From: Vitrella brassicaformis CCMP3155 | Taxonomy: Eukaryota; Protista; Chromerida | Assembly: GCA_001179505.1 (NCBI GenBank) | Contig: CDMY01000519.1 | Span: 1-59,788, forward strand | Reading direction: 5' to 3' | Length of the DNA stretch: 59,788 nucleotides | Shown: positions 25,733 to 37,485 of the stretch, one piece after another | How positions within the stretch are numbered: position 1 is the first letter of the stretch | Layout of the letters: each line of letters opens with the position of its first letter | Position numbers and translations under genes: made by a program | The notes under the pieces: model-generated | Seen by the model: the letters and a program-made list of their open reading frames with translations, nothing else | Databases searched by the model: none | Told to the model about the DNA's origin: nothing

Positions 25733-28700
25733 TCAGTCAATCTCTCGTTTGGAAGATACCTCTCTGCCTGCCTTTCGCCGATAAGACTCAAAGAAACTCA
25801 CACTCTCAGCATTGGTCCTGGGCTGCATTCTTCGGAGCGCCTCTCTCAAGTGTGAAGCCGATACGAGCACACAGCTCGGCCCCCCGTTGTCCCGTCCTGT
25901 TGCGTGTGAGCCACCCCGGTCGTCTTGCCCTGCGCGGATTGCGGCTCGAATGGCGGCCATAGCTGCCTCCCGACAGACCATGCATATCTCCGCTCCGCTG
26001 TATCCCTTGCTGTTGTTGACCAGCTGTCCCAGGAAAGTCTCGAGAGACATGCTGTCCTGACCGCCTTGTGAGTCTTGAGTGCCTAGGTCGAGAGGCAGGC
26101 GACTCAGATTGGCCTTGAAGATCTCGTATCGAGCGGCAGCGTCAGGCAGGGAGACGTACAGGAGACGATCGAACCGACCGGGCCTGCGATACCGCAGGAA
26201 GGAAGGAACGACAGACGCAGTGCAGCTAGTCGATTGATAGCTTATCGATCCATCAACACAAGCAGGTACGCACTGAGCCACCTGAGAAGAGCTGCATCAA
26301 GAAGGTCAGGCCGATTCGTCGCAGCTATAACAACCACCTGCCTGCAAGCAGGAAGCTACCACAGCTGTCCCCTGCCTGCCTGCCTGCCTGGCGGTCTGTC
26401 TGTCTGGCTGGGTACAGCAGGTGACTTGGCTTACTTGACGGGAGCAATGCCGTCAATCTCGTTGAGCAGCTGACTGAGGACCCGGCTACCAACCTGATGA
26501 GGACATGTATATCATAATTCACTCGGCACATTCCTGTTGACCCACAGATCTGTCGGTAAGTGGCGCTTCTTTCCTTACCCCTCCTGCATCTCCTCCCAGC
26601 TCTCGGTCCACACCGAGGGCATCGATTTCATCGAAGAATACCACGCAGGGAGAGTTCTGACGTGCCTTCCTACACGCATCCACGACACCATACACTCGTG
26701 GATGCCCTCCTCCCCCCAGTGCTGGCTGCGACTTGAGCTCCCCAGACCTGAAGAGTTCCCGAACAGCCCGCTCCGCCTCGCCCACCCATTTTGAGAAGAG
26801 CTCCGGACCCTGTAGGAGGGAGGTAAAGTAGCACGGCACGAGAGACAAGCACATGACCGGATGCGGGCAACTGGAACAGACAGCAATGAGTACCTTGATC
26901 GAGATGAAATTCATTTGAGTCTCAGTAGCTACTGCCTTGGCCATCATGGTTTTGGAATTGCCGGGGGGACCGTAGAGCAGCACTCCACGGGGAGGGCTCA
27001 GCTGCAGATCGCGAAACAACTGACAGATACACAACACGGACACGTCACAACTATTTTGTGCTTGACTGACAGCCACACTGGACGGTCTGTCTTTCGCGGC
27101 GCAATCGGCGCACATGTCACCCACCTGCTCATATCTGATAGGCCAGTCGACGCATTCCTGCAGCTGGCTCTTCAGGTCATGATATCTGGGCCACATACAC
27201 AGAGGCATCTCTCCTTCCGCTGTGAGCTTGACTCGTACCCTCCGATATCACTCCATCTGACCTCCGGCACCTCTATGTGCAACTCCTTCATCCCAGACGG
27301 CCTGCCAACACCGTCACAGCCAGCCAAACTCGCCACTCACACCCGTTGTTGCTTGGCTGTGTCGTGTTGACCTGACGAGCTTGAGCGCCTCCTCAAAGCA
27401 ACTCAAGTTTAACACACTTTCTGCAGGCGGCCCGGCGGGTGAGCGAGAAGATACACGAGTCAGAGCGACAGACGCAGCAGTGTTCACAAGGGCTACCAAA
27501 TCGGCGCCGACAAAAGCCTGGCACCTCTTGCTGAGCTGCAGACATGCACAGCAAGCACAAAGGAAGGACACCGATTGTATATGTCGAAGGCAGCCAGCCG
27601 GCGAGCATGGCTGCCTATCCATCCGTCGGTCGGTCGGTCCGTCCGTCCGTCCATCCGTCTGACCTCTTCGATGTCTATGTCGGTCAGGGTGTGGGGCAGG
27701 TGTTGGATCGCAATCCTGATGATCTGCTGGCGGTCGGTGGCCGTCGGCACTCCGACCTCTACCTCCCTCTCCAACCTGCCGCACCGCCGGAGGGCCGTGT
27801 CCAAACTGTTCGGACGATTCGTGGCAGCAAGAACAAACACCCCCGGGCACGCACGAGACCCATCCAAACACGTCAGAAAGGTCCCAACGATGCGACGCTC
27901 AGCCTGGTCCGATACGATTGCATATTAAGCAAAGAAACGACCAAGAGTCAATGCGGGCGAACTCAGGTCGGCTTGTCTTTCTGTGCTGCTTGTGCGGTCA
28001 CTAGCTCATTGTGCCAGTCACTCAACTCACCTCGCCTGCCTGATCCCTTTGCGGACATATGGCATCAATCTCGTCGATAAAGATGAGAGTAGGTGTCCCA
28101 TAACGTTCCCATCTTTCTTGACCCCTCTCAAATAAGTTGATGATTTTGCGCTCGGACTCTCCCACGAAGTGACCCAGTAAGTCGGTCGCGGCGACCACCT
28201 CCAACCCTATGCCAACACCCTCCGCCACATGCCTCTGGTGTTGTTCTAGCTCCTCCACAAGACAGCGAGCCAGGAGCGTTTTGCCCGTTCCTGGAGGTCC
28301 GTACAGCAAGACGCCTTTAGGAGGTCGTACGCCATACTCTTTGTACAGCGACGGGTGTAGCAGCGGCCACTGCAGGATGCTCTGCAGCTGCTCCACCACG
28401 GACTGGAATCCTCCAAACCTGCCGACACTGTCTCTATTAGAAGGTGCGGCTGGAGGCGTGTGGGGCTGAGTTTACCTGCGAAATCCACTTGAGTCGCGTT
28501 TGGTGTCGTCAACGCCGTGTGAATCCTTCGCCCCTTCTGCGTGGCCAGCCAGCTGCAATGGAGGTGCATGTACAGCGACTGACGTCGTCACCTCCACCCT
28601 TCCGCAGAGCAGCTGGCCACTCGTCGCTGCTCCTGCATCTAAGCCGTCGTGCTTGTCGTACGAAGAATGGAAAGCCAACTCAGGCTCGTCACCTCCCTCT

Positions 28701-29504
28701 CCCGACTGCCTTCCACTAACGTGATCTTGATGTCCAGCTTCGGAGCCGCGGGAATGCCGCTCGATGCGCCCAGCGGGCGATGGATCGGGAGGAGGTTCAC
28801 CAGGCTGAAGGGCGACGTCGACGATTCTGAAAGCCGCCAAGCTTCCACGCAAGGAGACAACGATCCAGTTGGACAAGCTGTAGTAGCCCCCCTGGATCGA
28901 AGCTTTCAAGTACGACACTGACGCAGGATCACCCAAAGAAGACACCAGGGGGAGCTCAGACGGGAGCCCGCCGGCAGCAAGACGAGAAACAATGGATGGC
29001 GGGGCGGCAGGGCACACCGTGATGGCCGCCGCGCTTCTCCAGTGATGCGATGCCAGCGGTACCAGTAGACCACTTGTTCGCCGCATGGTCAACGAGGCTG
29101 CCTTCCCGCATTCTTGTCGCCCGCCTTCGTCTTGTTCTTCTTCGGTAATTGATAAGTACATTGCCAGGGAAACCGCCGCACTCGAGGGAGGGAGCCTGTC
29201 ATCCTTGCAAAGGAATCCAACAGCCTGAGGTGGATGACACGCCGCAGACCGCGACGAATCCGCTCCACAATGCTTGATCATCACTAGCTGGCCCTCATGC
29301 AGACCACGTTGGCTCATCAGCTTAGGATGCACCCGAACGCCGCGGGCTCCAACGTTGTAAAGGGAAAGATCCTCCCAAAGGATGACGTCAAGCGATTCCT
29401 CATTGTCCTTCCTCTGCCGACTGCATGGTCAGGACACAAACGCAATCATTCACACACCACCAAGGTTGCACGAACTTCCATCGAGCTCACCTCAGAGTAC
29501 TCAT
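25733..29504 (-). CDS. AFG2: AFG2/SPATA5 (Drg1-type) double AAA+ ATPase, 60S biogenesis
   Basis: D1 KGVLLYGPPGTGKT / IFIDEIDAI; D2 RGVLLYGPPGNSKT (AFG2-like xSKT Walker A), PELFSKWVGEAERAVRELF, FFDEIDAL, RPGRFDRLLYV. 14-nt exon 1 (29491-29504) splices in frame into the 28472 ORF. Confidence 0.88.
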
Positions 29505-29729
29505 CTTGATTCAGGTCGGTCTTATGCCGAAAGCAAGCTACATCTATGCGGAAAGGATGGCGTCTCACGATCGAACCAATGTTCGGAAAATGCCGCTCGT
29601 CCCCTTCCTTCGTTCCTGGCAAGCGTGGTGCGGCAGCCGTAGCTGATCTCAACGTGCGACGTCGGAGTTGCGAACCGGATCGAGGAATGTCATACTAGCT
29701 CGCTAGCGAAAGAAAGCTGCCTATGTTGC
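29459..29729 (-). promoter_or_regulatory. Bidirectional promoter AFG2/RRP12; copy A of a duplicated cassette
   Basis: ATGs 219 bp apart, head-to-head; the reverse complement aligns to 37209-37485. Confidence 0.8.
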
Positions 29730-32700
29730 CAGAACACTCAAGCGTCGCCGCGGATGTGGTGAGCTAAGACCACAACGTTGATAACTGACTTCGTTGTACC
29801 TTTGGGTGCCAGGCATTGTGGTTGAGCGAGAGGAAAGACGCGCTTGCGGACCGTGGGGAAGTACAGGTTTACGAGCATGCATCGGTGTGCCTCGACGCCA
29901 TCGAGCAGGCTATACCAAGGCAGCCGAGAGAGGTCACGGTTTACCTTTCGGCGACCATTGCCTCCCTGCTTTTGGAGCTCGAGGAGTGGACGGGTGGGAG
30001 TGACACTCGTCTGCAAGGTCTGGCGCTTTTGGTGGGGCTCTTCTTGCGGCACGTCCCTCTGACAGCAACACCATCTTTGGCTGCCACGGAAGGCTCGCTG
30101 TTTGAGGCAATGGAGAAGGTCAGGAGCAAGCAAGAGGGAGCGAGGGAGAAAACTATCCTGCTGGGAGTCCTCACGCGGCTGCTGGAGTGCCTCGCGGCTA
30201 TGTACGACGTGCTACACGCGCATGGAAGTCACAATCAGCCACGCGCGGGACCCCTGAAAACGCTGCTGTCGGTGCTTTTTGAGGCGGGTGAAGAATCTCG
30301 AGTGGCTGCGTTGAAGTGCGTGGTCGCGCTCTGCCGCTTCGAGCAACAGTCTGGGCACGAGCTTGCAGGCTTCACGCCGCACCTGGGCAGTCTAGTCTTC
30401 AGTGACAGAACTCAGTCGGATCCAGTGACGAAACGAACGGCAATTCGGCTTCTCCGTTCGCTGCTCCCATTCATTCCTGTGAAGACCTTCCGAGAAGTAG
30501 TCGACGATGTGATCATCCGCATGGCGAAAGGGGTCGCCGGAGCTACCAGTGAGGCAGCAAACGGCCTGCGGCTTATTACCGAATATCTAGCGCCGCAGGA
30601 GAGCGATCCCAGCCCCTTCGCATCATCGCGCGTGGAAGCAGATGATCTCTTTTTCTTCGCAAACAGGCTAGCCGTGGAGCGAGATTCTTTGAACCTCAAA
30701 GACATCGGAATATCCTCTGCTTTCATCGAAGTCAGCGGAAACGTGATTGCAGCGATGTGTGAGCAGGGTGCGCAGCAGATCACGCAAGACAGATCACGCC
30801 ACGATTTATTGATTCAAATTGATGATCTGCCGCCTTGTGAATCGGATCAGGTCGGACGACGAATGATCTCTTGTATGACTGGTGGTCCTTTTCAAAAAGG
30901 CGGCTTGAAGAAGGAGAGCCGTTGCTGACCTACACCATCACAAAAGCCATGGTACATTTGCTATTCCACTGAAGGCATCAGAATTTACTTCATGTGTAAC
31001 CCCAGGGAAAAGTGGTTAGCTGTGCAGTTGCACACGATGTCGAGGACTTTCCTCGTCTTGTCAAGGAATGCAGGTGAGGTGTATTGCCTTAATATTCTGC
31101 CTTTTGAATCTTCAAGCCCTCCCCTGATGGTCTGGTCTTTCCACAGGTCTTTGTTAGAGTATCGTTTGAAAGGTGTGTGGCCGTCGGTATTCCCCGTGAT
31201 CACGGAACTCTTCACGGCAATCGAGCAACGCGGGCTAGAGTTCCTGCTGCAGCAGTACAGCCAGAGGCAGGCAGCTATGATTGACAAGGAAGACGATGAG
31301 CTGACCGACCAAGTCATTGAGGATTTCCGCTCTTTCTGCCGATTGCGGCTCCATCCGTGCCGTGGACTGCTAGAAGACTTGGCAAGCATCATGAAACGGG
31401 CAGTGGAGCCATTGGACCATTCAGCGACTCTTGCAACCTCGTCCCGGTATTAATCAGAAATGTTTACGTTGACGGATTGCGGACAAGTTTGTTTCGAATT
31501 TTTCCGCAGCCGGGGTGTGGAAGATGCCTTGGGCGCCGCAGCGGTCGCATTTTCGGCAGCTCTACCAGAAGTTCTGAAGCTGCCCTTCTTCGAGCTACGT
31601 CTCGACAGCGTGCCCATCACTGATCCAGAATTCTCCACCAAGGCAAACTCCTGGCTGTTGCCTGTTCTCAAGCGGGCGGTCAAGCGAACCTCGCTAGTTT
31701 ATTTCCAGAACGAACTCCTCCCATTGGTTCGTTAGAAAAGAACAGGAGCCACGAACAAGAGAAACTTTTCCTCTTCTCCCAGGCTTGTCAACTCCAGCAG
31801 CATGCTTCAAAGCTCCAGAATGAACACAGTCAAGACATCACAGCTGCGGCGTCTGCAAAGAAATATCAGCTGTTGGTGGGCAAAAGGGATTGGTACCTTC
31901 AGCTGAAGTCTCCGTCTTTTTGTTTTTTCTCCCAGGCCGACCAGATTTGGAGTTTGCTTCCCGCGTTCTTCACCGAACCAATTGACCTGAGTGCCGTCTT
32001 CCCTGATGCGCCTCAATCGTCTCCTTTGGCGAACACGATGCTGTCGTTTTTGGACACTCAGCCGTCGTTGCGCCATTTAATTTGCTCAGCACTCACGACG
32101 ATATGCGAGCAGTCAAACCTAGAGCACGGCGCCTCCGGCACGGGCGGCGAGGCTGTTGTTCTTAAGACAAGCCAAAGCCTCATCTGGCTTACGTCGAAGA
32201 GAAATCACCGTTCCCTCCGGTGTTATTCCGAGCGATTCTTGCCTCTTCTGTTCACGACGCTGTTGAAGCAGGAGGCGGAAGTGGGAAGTCTGAAGGCTAT
32301 ACAGGTGAAAACACTCTCGTACATTTCCTCCAAATGCTTTCATGTGTACACAGGCCTTAGCGCACTTCTGTCCTGGCAATGTACTCGATTCCTACTTGAA
32401 GAACATCTGCCGCAAGCTTCTGAAAGCGTCTTTGGCCGAGCCGGGAGGAGATGGCCGTTCTCGAGAACCGCACAACGTCGTCGTCCTCGAGTCTGCGGGT
32501 GGAATGGTGGCCCTTGCAGAGTTGGCGAATGCTCTAGTCCCGGCTCTTCCTGCTGAGACACGTAGGTCACGGCACGGAGTTCAGCAGTCAGAATGAGGGT
32601 CACTCGCCTTCTTGCTTCAGTACCCATTCTTCTGCGAGTAATGTGTCCTCTTCTCGTGAGCGAAGAGACGACAGTGGCCAAAGAAGGAGGAGGACGGAAA

Positions 32701-34670
32701 GGTTCGGTTCAGCTCAGTCGCCGTGCATACAAAGCCGTACGGAGTGTGATAGAGAGGGAATTGAACGAAAGCCTCGACAAGAGTGCCTTCTTACCAAAGA
32801 CACCTCTACACACAATTGAGGGCTGCAAAAAGCTTTGGGAGGTAGGTCACGAGCTGTTGTCACACTTTCTTTCATTTCGAATTTGTTCGAACCTTCAAAT
32901 ATAATATCAGCATTTGCAAAAGGCACGACAAGGATGTGGCCCTGGCGCTCTAAAGGTAGTAGGACTGATTGTCTCTTGGTCGTGTATACCTTTTTTCTTC
33001 CTTTTTAAGTCTCGGCTGAGCTGCATCAAGGTCTACTGTCGTCTGCTTTCGTTGCGACAAGGATCTCAAGGAGTTTGGCGGTCACATTTCCATGATGTCA
33101 GTGCATGTCTCGTCCCTGAAACCCTGATGTGTTGCAAAAGCACAAACCAGGTAGGAAAACACCTGTTTCGTTTGCTGACAATGACGTACACTCACCTTCA
33201 TTCTCTCTTCTAAGGCTGTGCGGGCGGACGCATTGGAGATCCTTAGACTGCTAGCCGCGTCATCTGGGGACGGTACTCTCACACGCCGTAGAAATAAACT
33301 CTTGTCTTTCCTCAAGGCTTTTTCAACGTGACTTTGGCAGTGAGTGACATCGTCGCGATGATTTCGGCCGGATTGGCAAGCACCAGTTCACCGATGAAAG
33401 CTGCAGCTGTACTCGCATTGACGCAGCTCTTGCTCAGTCATGGTAAATGAAGCCTGCCACCGTCTCCTCGCATCCGCTTCATTTCCCTCTAGGTTTGGCG
33501 GATACTGAACCATTCCGGCGAGTCGTTCGAATCGTGTTGCTTCTACTGGGGGATGGCGACAAGTCGGTTTTTGAAGCAAGTTTGAGATTCGCGAAGGTGA
33601 TTACGCAAGGTGTTAAGTTTTCTTGGGTGTGTCTCCCTTCCTTCTTTCTGTTATTTCAGGCTTGTGTGAGGATTTTGTCCCTGGAGGCCGTTACGGAAAA
33701 CCTGCCTCTCATACTAGAAATGCTTAATAACTCCCACGCAATTCGATGTACGCGCTATATGTGATCTCATCATTTTGATGCTTTTGCCGCCTTCTCCACA
33801 AAATCAGACCGTATTCTTCTTCACCGAGTTATTGAGAAGATGTTGAAGAGACTGGGTCCTGACTCGCTCGCAGCCGCTTTTCCTGCTGACAAAAAGGACC
33901 TCCTCTCGTATTGCGAGAAAAGAATGAGGCGAAGCAAACACGCTACGGCCCTGAAGCGTAAGAGGCGGGTCTTGGCGCACATGCACGGAGGCGTTAGCGA
34001 CGAAGCCGAGAGCGATAGCGAAAGTGAAGATATCGGCCGACAAAAGGATGCCGATTTTCGTATTGAAGAAGGCGTACCGAGTCTGCAGAACCTGCTTGAC
34101 GACTTCGAAATGGAAGACGGTCCGAGTCGCAAGGTCGGTGACGCATTTCTGGTGTCGAGTCTTGTTTCAGTATTTTGCTATGGGTGTTGTCAGAGATCCA
34201 GGGCATCAGGAACCCTTCAGCTCCGGGAGGAGCTCGATGACGAAACTATCGACCTTTTCGCCACCAGCGGTACGATCTTCATGGCTGGTTCATCAGTTTT
34301 GTATGACTAGATCGATTCTTACCGCAGCAAAACAAGCCTCGATCCGTCCAGAGTCTAGCAAGCAGCGGAAAACGGAAAAAAAGGTCTTAGAAGCCTTTGA
34401 GCCGCGCGGACAGATTTTCGGATCTTCCCGGGGACGTACGATATCCTCTAAAGAAACTGACGACCGGCAGCCAACGAAGAAGGGTCGAACAGGTCTGCAG
34501 AGCTACGCCTACATGCGCATTGGGAAGAAGTCGAGCCAAGGGCGCGGAGCAAAAAGAGTGAGTACCTTTCTCAGTTACACTCTCACAACGTGTGTCATAC
34601 TCGCATGTGTCGTCTGCAGCACATTGCCAAGACTCTCAGACTCTCTAGAAAAAAGGAAAGGAGACGCTGA
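29723..34670 (+). CDS. RRP12: RRP12-like ribosome export HEAT-repeat protein (NUC173 domain)
   Basis: ALGAAAVAF..NSWLLPVLKRAVKRTSLVYFQNELLPL, QIWSLLPAFFTEPIDL, LLEKMLKRLG..DKKDLLSY, C-terminal SYAYMRIGKK and basic tail; many short introns. Confidence 0.8.
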
Positions 34671-34914
34671 AAGCACTTTAATCCTGTACAAAGGAAAGGA
34701 GACGGATGACATTATGAAAAGCGCGATGGTCTGAAGTAGCACTAGCAAAAGCAATGTCGACGAAGCGCCCGATCTACAGTTTGCAGCATGTGCACAAGCG
34801 CAGATAGTACGCGCGTACCCCACTGCAAACTACCACGAGAAACGTCGGACACACGCGGAAAACCGCTTTCCTGCCTGCACTGCCTGTAAAATCCGCGCAC
34901 AGAAGTCTGACACT

Positions 34915-37215
34915 TCATAGCTTCGCAAAACTTGTTCCACGGTCTTGTAAAGGAACAATCTGCCTGGGTTCCGGCCCTGCAATTCCATCAACAGTCACGG
35001 TCTTCTCAAGTCGGGTACTGCTTGCTTACCAACGTAGAGGGACTGTGGACGGATTAGTCTGTTATCTTGGCGTTGCTCGACAACATGGGCAGCCCAGCCC
35101 GCGGTCCGCGCAATGATGAAAAGGGGAGTAAAAAACATTGTTGGAATGCCACACCTGAAAAGTTGGAAAAGCAAAAAAGGAATATACATAAGCCCGAACA
35201 GTCAATTGTTACTCGTGGTAGGCAGTGGCGCTGTAAAAATCCAAGTTCTGAAGAGACAAAGTTGACGTCTGATGCGTTGGGGATGTGCAGAGAGTAACAA
35301 GCCTTCCTGTACCGGATACATCTGTTTTCTCTCCAGCATGGTCTGAGAAAAAAAAGGCACTTATGGTTATAGCCGACCTGCGTTGAACAGAAAGCATCTT
35401 ACCTTTTCGACTGCCTCTGATATTCGGAAGAGCTTCGCATCCGAATTCGGACGCTCCGATAGAGCCCTGGCGAATTCCTTAATTAAAGGCGATCGGGGGT
35501 CTCCTGAGGAAGGGAGGAAGGAACGAAGGGAGGAAGGAAAGAAGGAAGGAAGGAACGAGTCTTCGGCATTGATTCGATCAAGCACGCCATCGCCCGCTTG
35601 CGATCACCCCTCCTGTTTACCGTGCTTGTACATCCTGAGGAAATCAGTGCTTTGCGCTTACTAACGTTGTTCGAAAGGCTTGCTCTTACCTGTGCCCAAA
35701 TCCCTGAGAAACACCGGAAACACCGGACAACCGACGGCATTCTTTTGACAACTCTCCTTTTTTTCCTTGGTTACCATCACAAGTTCTTTTCTTGCGAACA
35801 TTTGCTCTAGCTATAAGCAAGAGCGCGCGATGATTCAATCGTTCAATTCCGTTGCCAGTACCTGCTGTCTTGCGTCCATCTCGTCCTTAAAGCCCTCGAG
35901 CATGTGCCTGACGGGCGATTCAATCTTGAGCAATTGAGAGGGCAGTTTTGGTGCATTACATCGCCGCTTCGTTTGCTCCGCCATGCAAGGGACCTCGAAG
36001 GGTTCCTTGAATTTCAAAGGAAACAGATTTTGCACCTAACCTGCTCATGGTTTGCGTGCACACTATACATCACTCATACCTATTGCTGAAGTTATGCACG
36101 AGTAGAAGTCCGACAACGTTGCGCATGTTACTCGCGCCGCAAACGTTGAGGCTGCATTTAGCAAGGTAAAAAGTCCTGTGCTCTCTCCAGGCTGTCCCGT
36201 TCAGCCAGTTACCGTTGAAGTCATGTTCGGCATACAAGATCAGCGACGCATCGACCGTGCGGGCACACAAGGGATCAATCTGTGCCAAAGCAGTCAAAAT
36301 CGCTCCACAAGGCCACCCTGAGGGGTTTGCTCCATGTGTTTTCTGGTGTCTACCTTCTTCGGATCGTCATGGAGGAGATGCAGAAAGTGCTCCGCAACGG
36401 AATCCTTCTTGCTCGTTCCTGTGTGCGACGACCCCCTTGCTCAGTCTGCCTTCATCCTTCTCGCGTACCGGTGTCGATCCGCTTTCCAAAGTGGCTGAAG
36501 TGGTACCTGCAACGTTACCTCCGTCTGGGCGCTGTGTTTTCTTTCCCACCCTTTCTGCCTACCAGTAAAAGAGCATGGATGCGTAGCACGATATCAGACG
36601 GATGGCAATGTTCACTTGCTGCTCGTTTGGGTGTGTCTCTGGCTCAAACGTCCCCAACGTAGAGCATCCTGTTCGCAGAACGTCCTTTCACCAGAACAAT
36701 GAAAAAAGGCTGATAAGAAAATCCTGGTTTTGCTCGTAGCCCGCCTACCATAGGATGAGCATCCCTGGGGAGCTGTTCGAGCACTGTTCTCAAAGGCACC
36801 GGCAGGGCCCTGCAGGTGCCCAACGTGCAGAAACGTCAGACGAGGTGGAAATCGCCGCTATTGATCTCATTCACCGGTTGGCTGCTATTGTGTCTTGAAA
36901 GGAGTGTAACTGTGTCCGAGTAGGGAGTTCCTTGAAGAGGAGAAGGTATGCGACCTCTTCGAACGTACACTGGGAGCACAAATCCTCAATGGCATACCCT
37001 GGAGGGACATCAATCATCCAACTTGTCGCTCGCTGTCCTCGCGGCCTGCCCTTACCTCTGTACGTGAGGCCAGTGCCTTTGAGACCCACAGTCGATATCG
37101 AACTCTTCCCAGCAATGACTCCTGCAAGTCCCTTAGAGTAGGAATCAGCTGCCGTGCTGTTCATCCGCACTCCGAGAGGCAATCGAGTCGCCAACGGCAA
37201 CAAGCGGCGCAACAT
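34915..37215 (-). CDS. prpC: Bacterial-type citrate synthase / 2-methylcitrate synthase (PrpC-like), with mitochondrial-like presequence and C-terminal AKL
   Basis: GLAGVIAGKSSISTVG, LTYRGYAIEDL, TFEEVAYLLL, LYAEHDFN, VMGFGHRMYKHGDPRS, FTPLFIIARTAGWAAHVVEQRQDNRLIRP..YVGPEPR..SFAKL*. Confidence 0.85.
35504..35620 (+). repeat. Partial copy C of the promoter cassette, occupying most of a citrate synthase intron
   Basis: ggaaggaacgagtcttcggcattgattcgatcaagcacgccatcgcccgcttgcgatcacccctcctgt vs 37332-37400 ggaaggaacgaatcttcggcattgattcgatcaagcacgcgatcatccgctcgcgatcacccctcctgt. Confidence 0.92.
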
Positions 37216-37485
37216 GAGCCTCTCTCACGCTGGAGGAGCGAGCTAGAACTGCACACGGAGGGTTGATTCAGGCGTGGACGCTAAGATCAAACACCTTGCC
37301 GCACAGGCTTGCCAGGCAACGAAGGCAGGGAGGAAGGAACGAATCTTCGGCATTGATTCGATCAAGCACGCGATCATCCGCTCGCGATCACCCCTCCTGT
37401 CTGCCGTCGTGTCCGTGGTTTGACCAACCTGTAATCAAGATGAGTCTTCTGAGGTGAGCTCGATGAAACTTCGTGCAAACTTTGG
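37209..37485 (+). promoter_or_regulatory. Bidirectional promoter citrate synthase/DRG1; copy B of the duplicated cassette
   Basis: ATGs 225 bp apart, head-to-head; aligns to the reverse complement of copy A. Confidence 0.8.

Noticed and set aside
29459-37485. Active invertible switch or a transposon with terminal inverted repeats
   Set aside because: The copies are diverged with indels, there is no recombinase/transposase or target-site duplication, and the cargo is housekeeping genes; kept only as a historical-inversion hypothesis.
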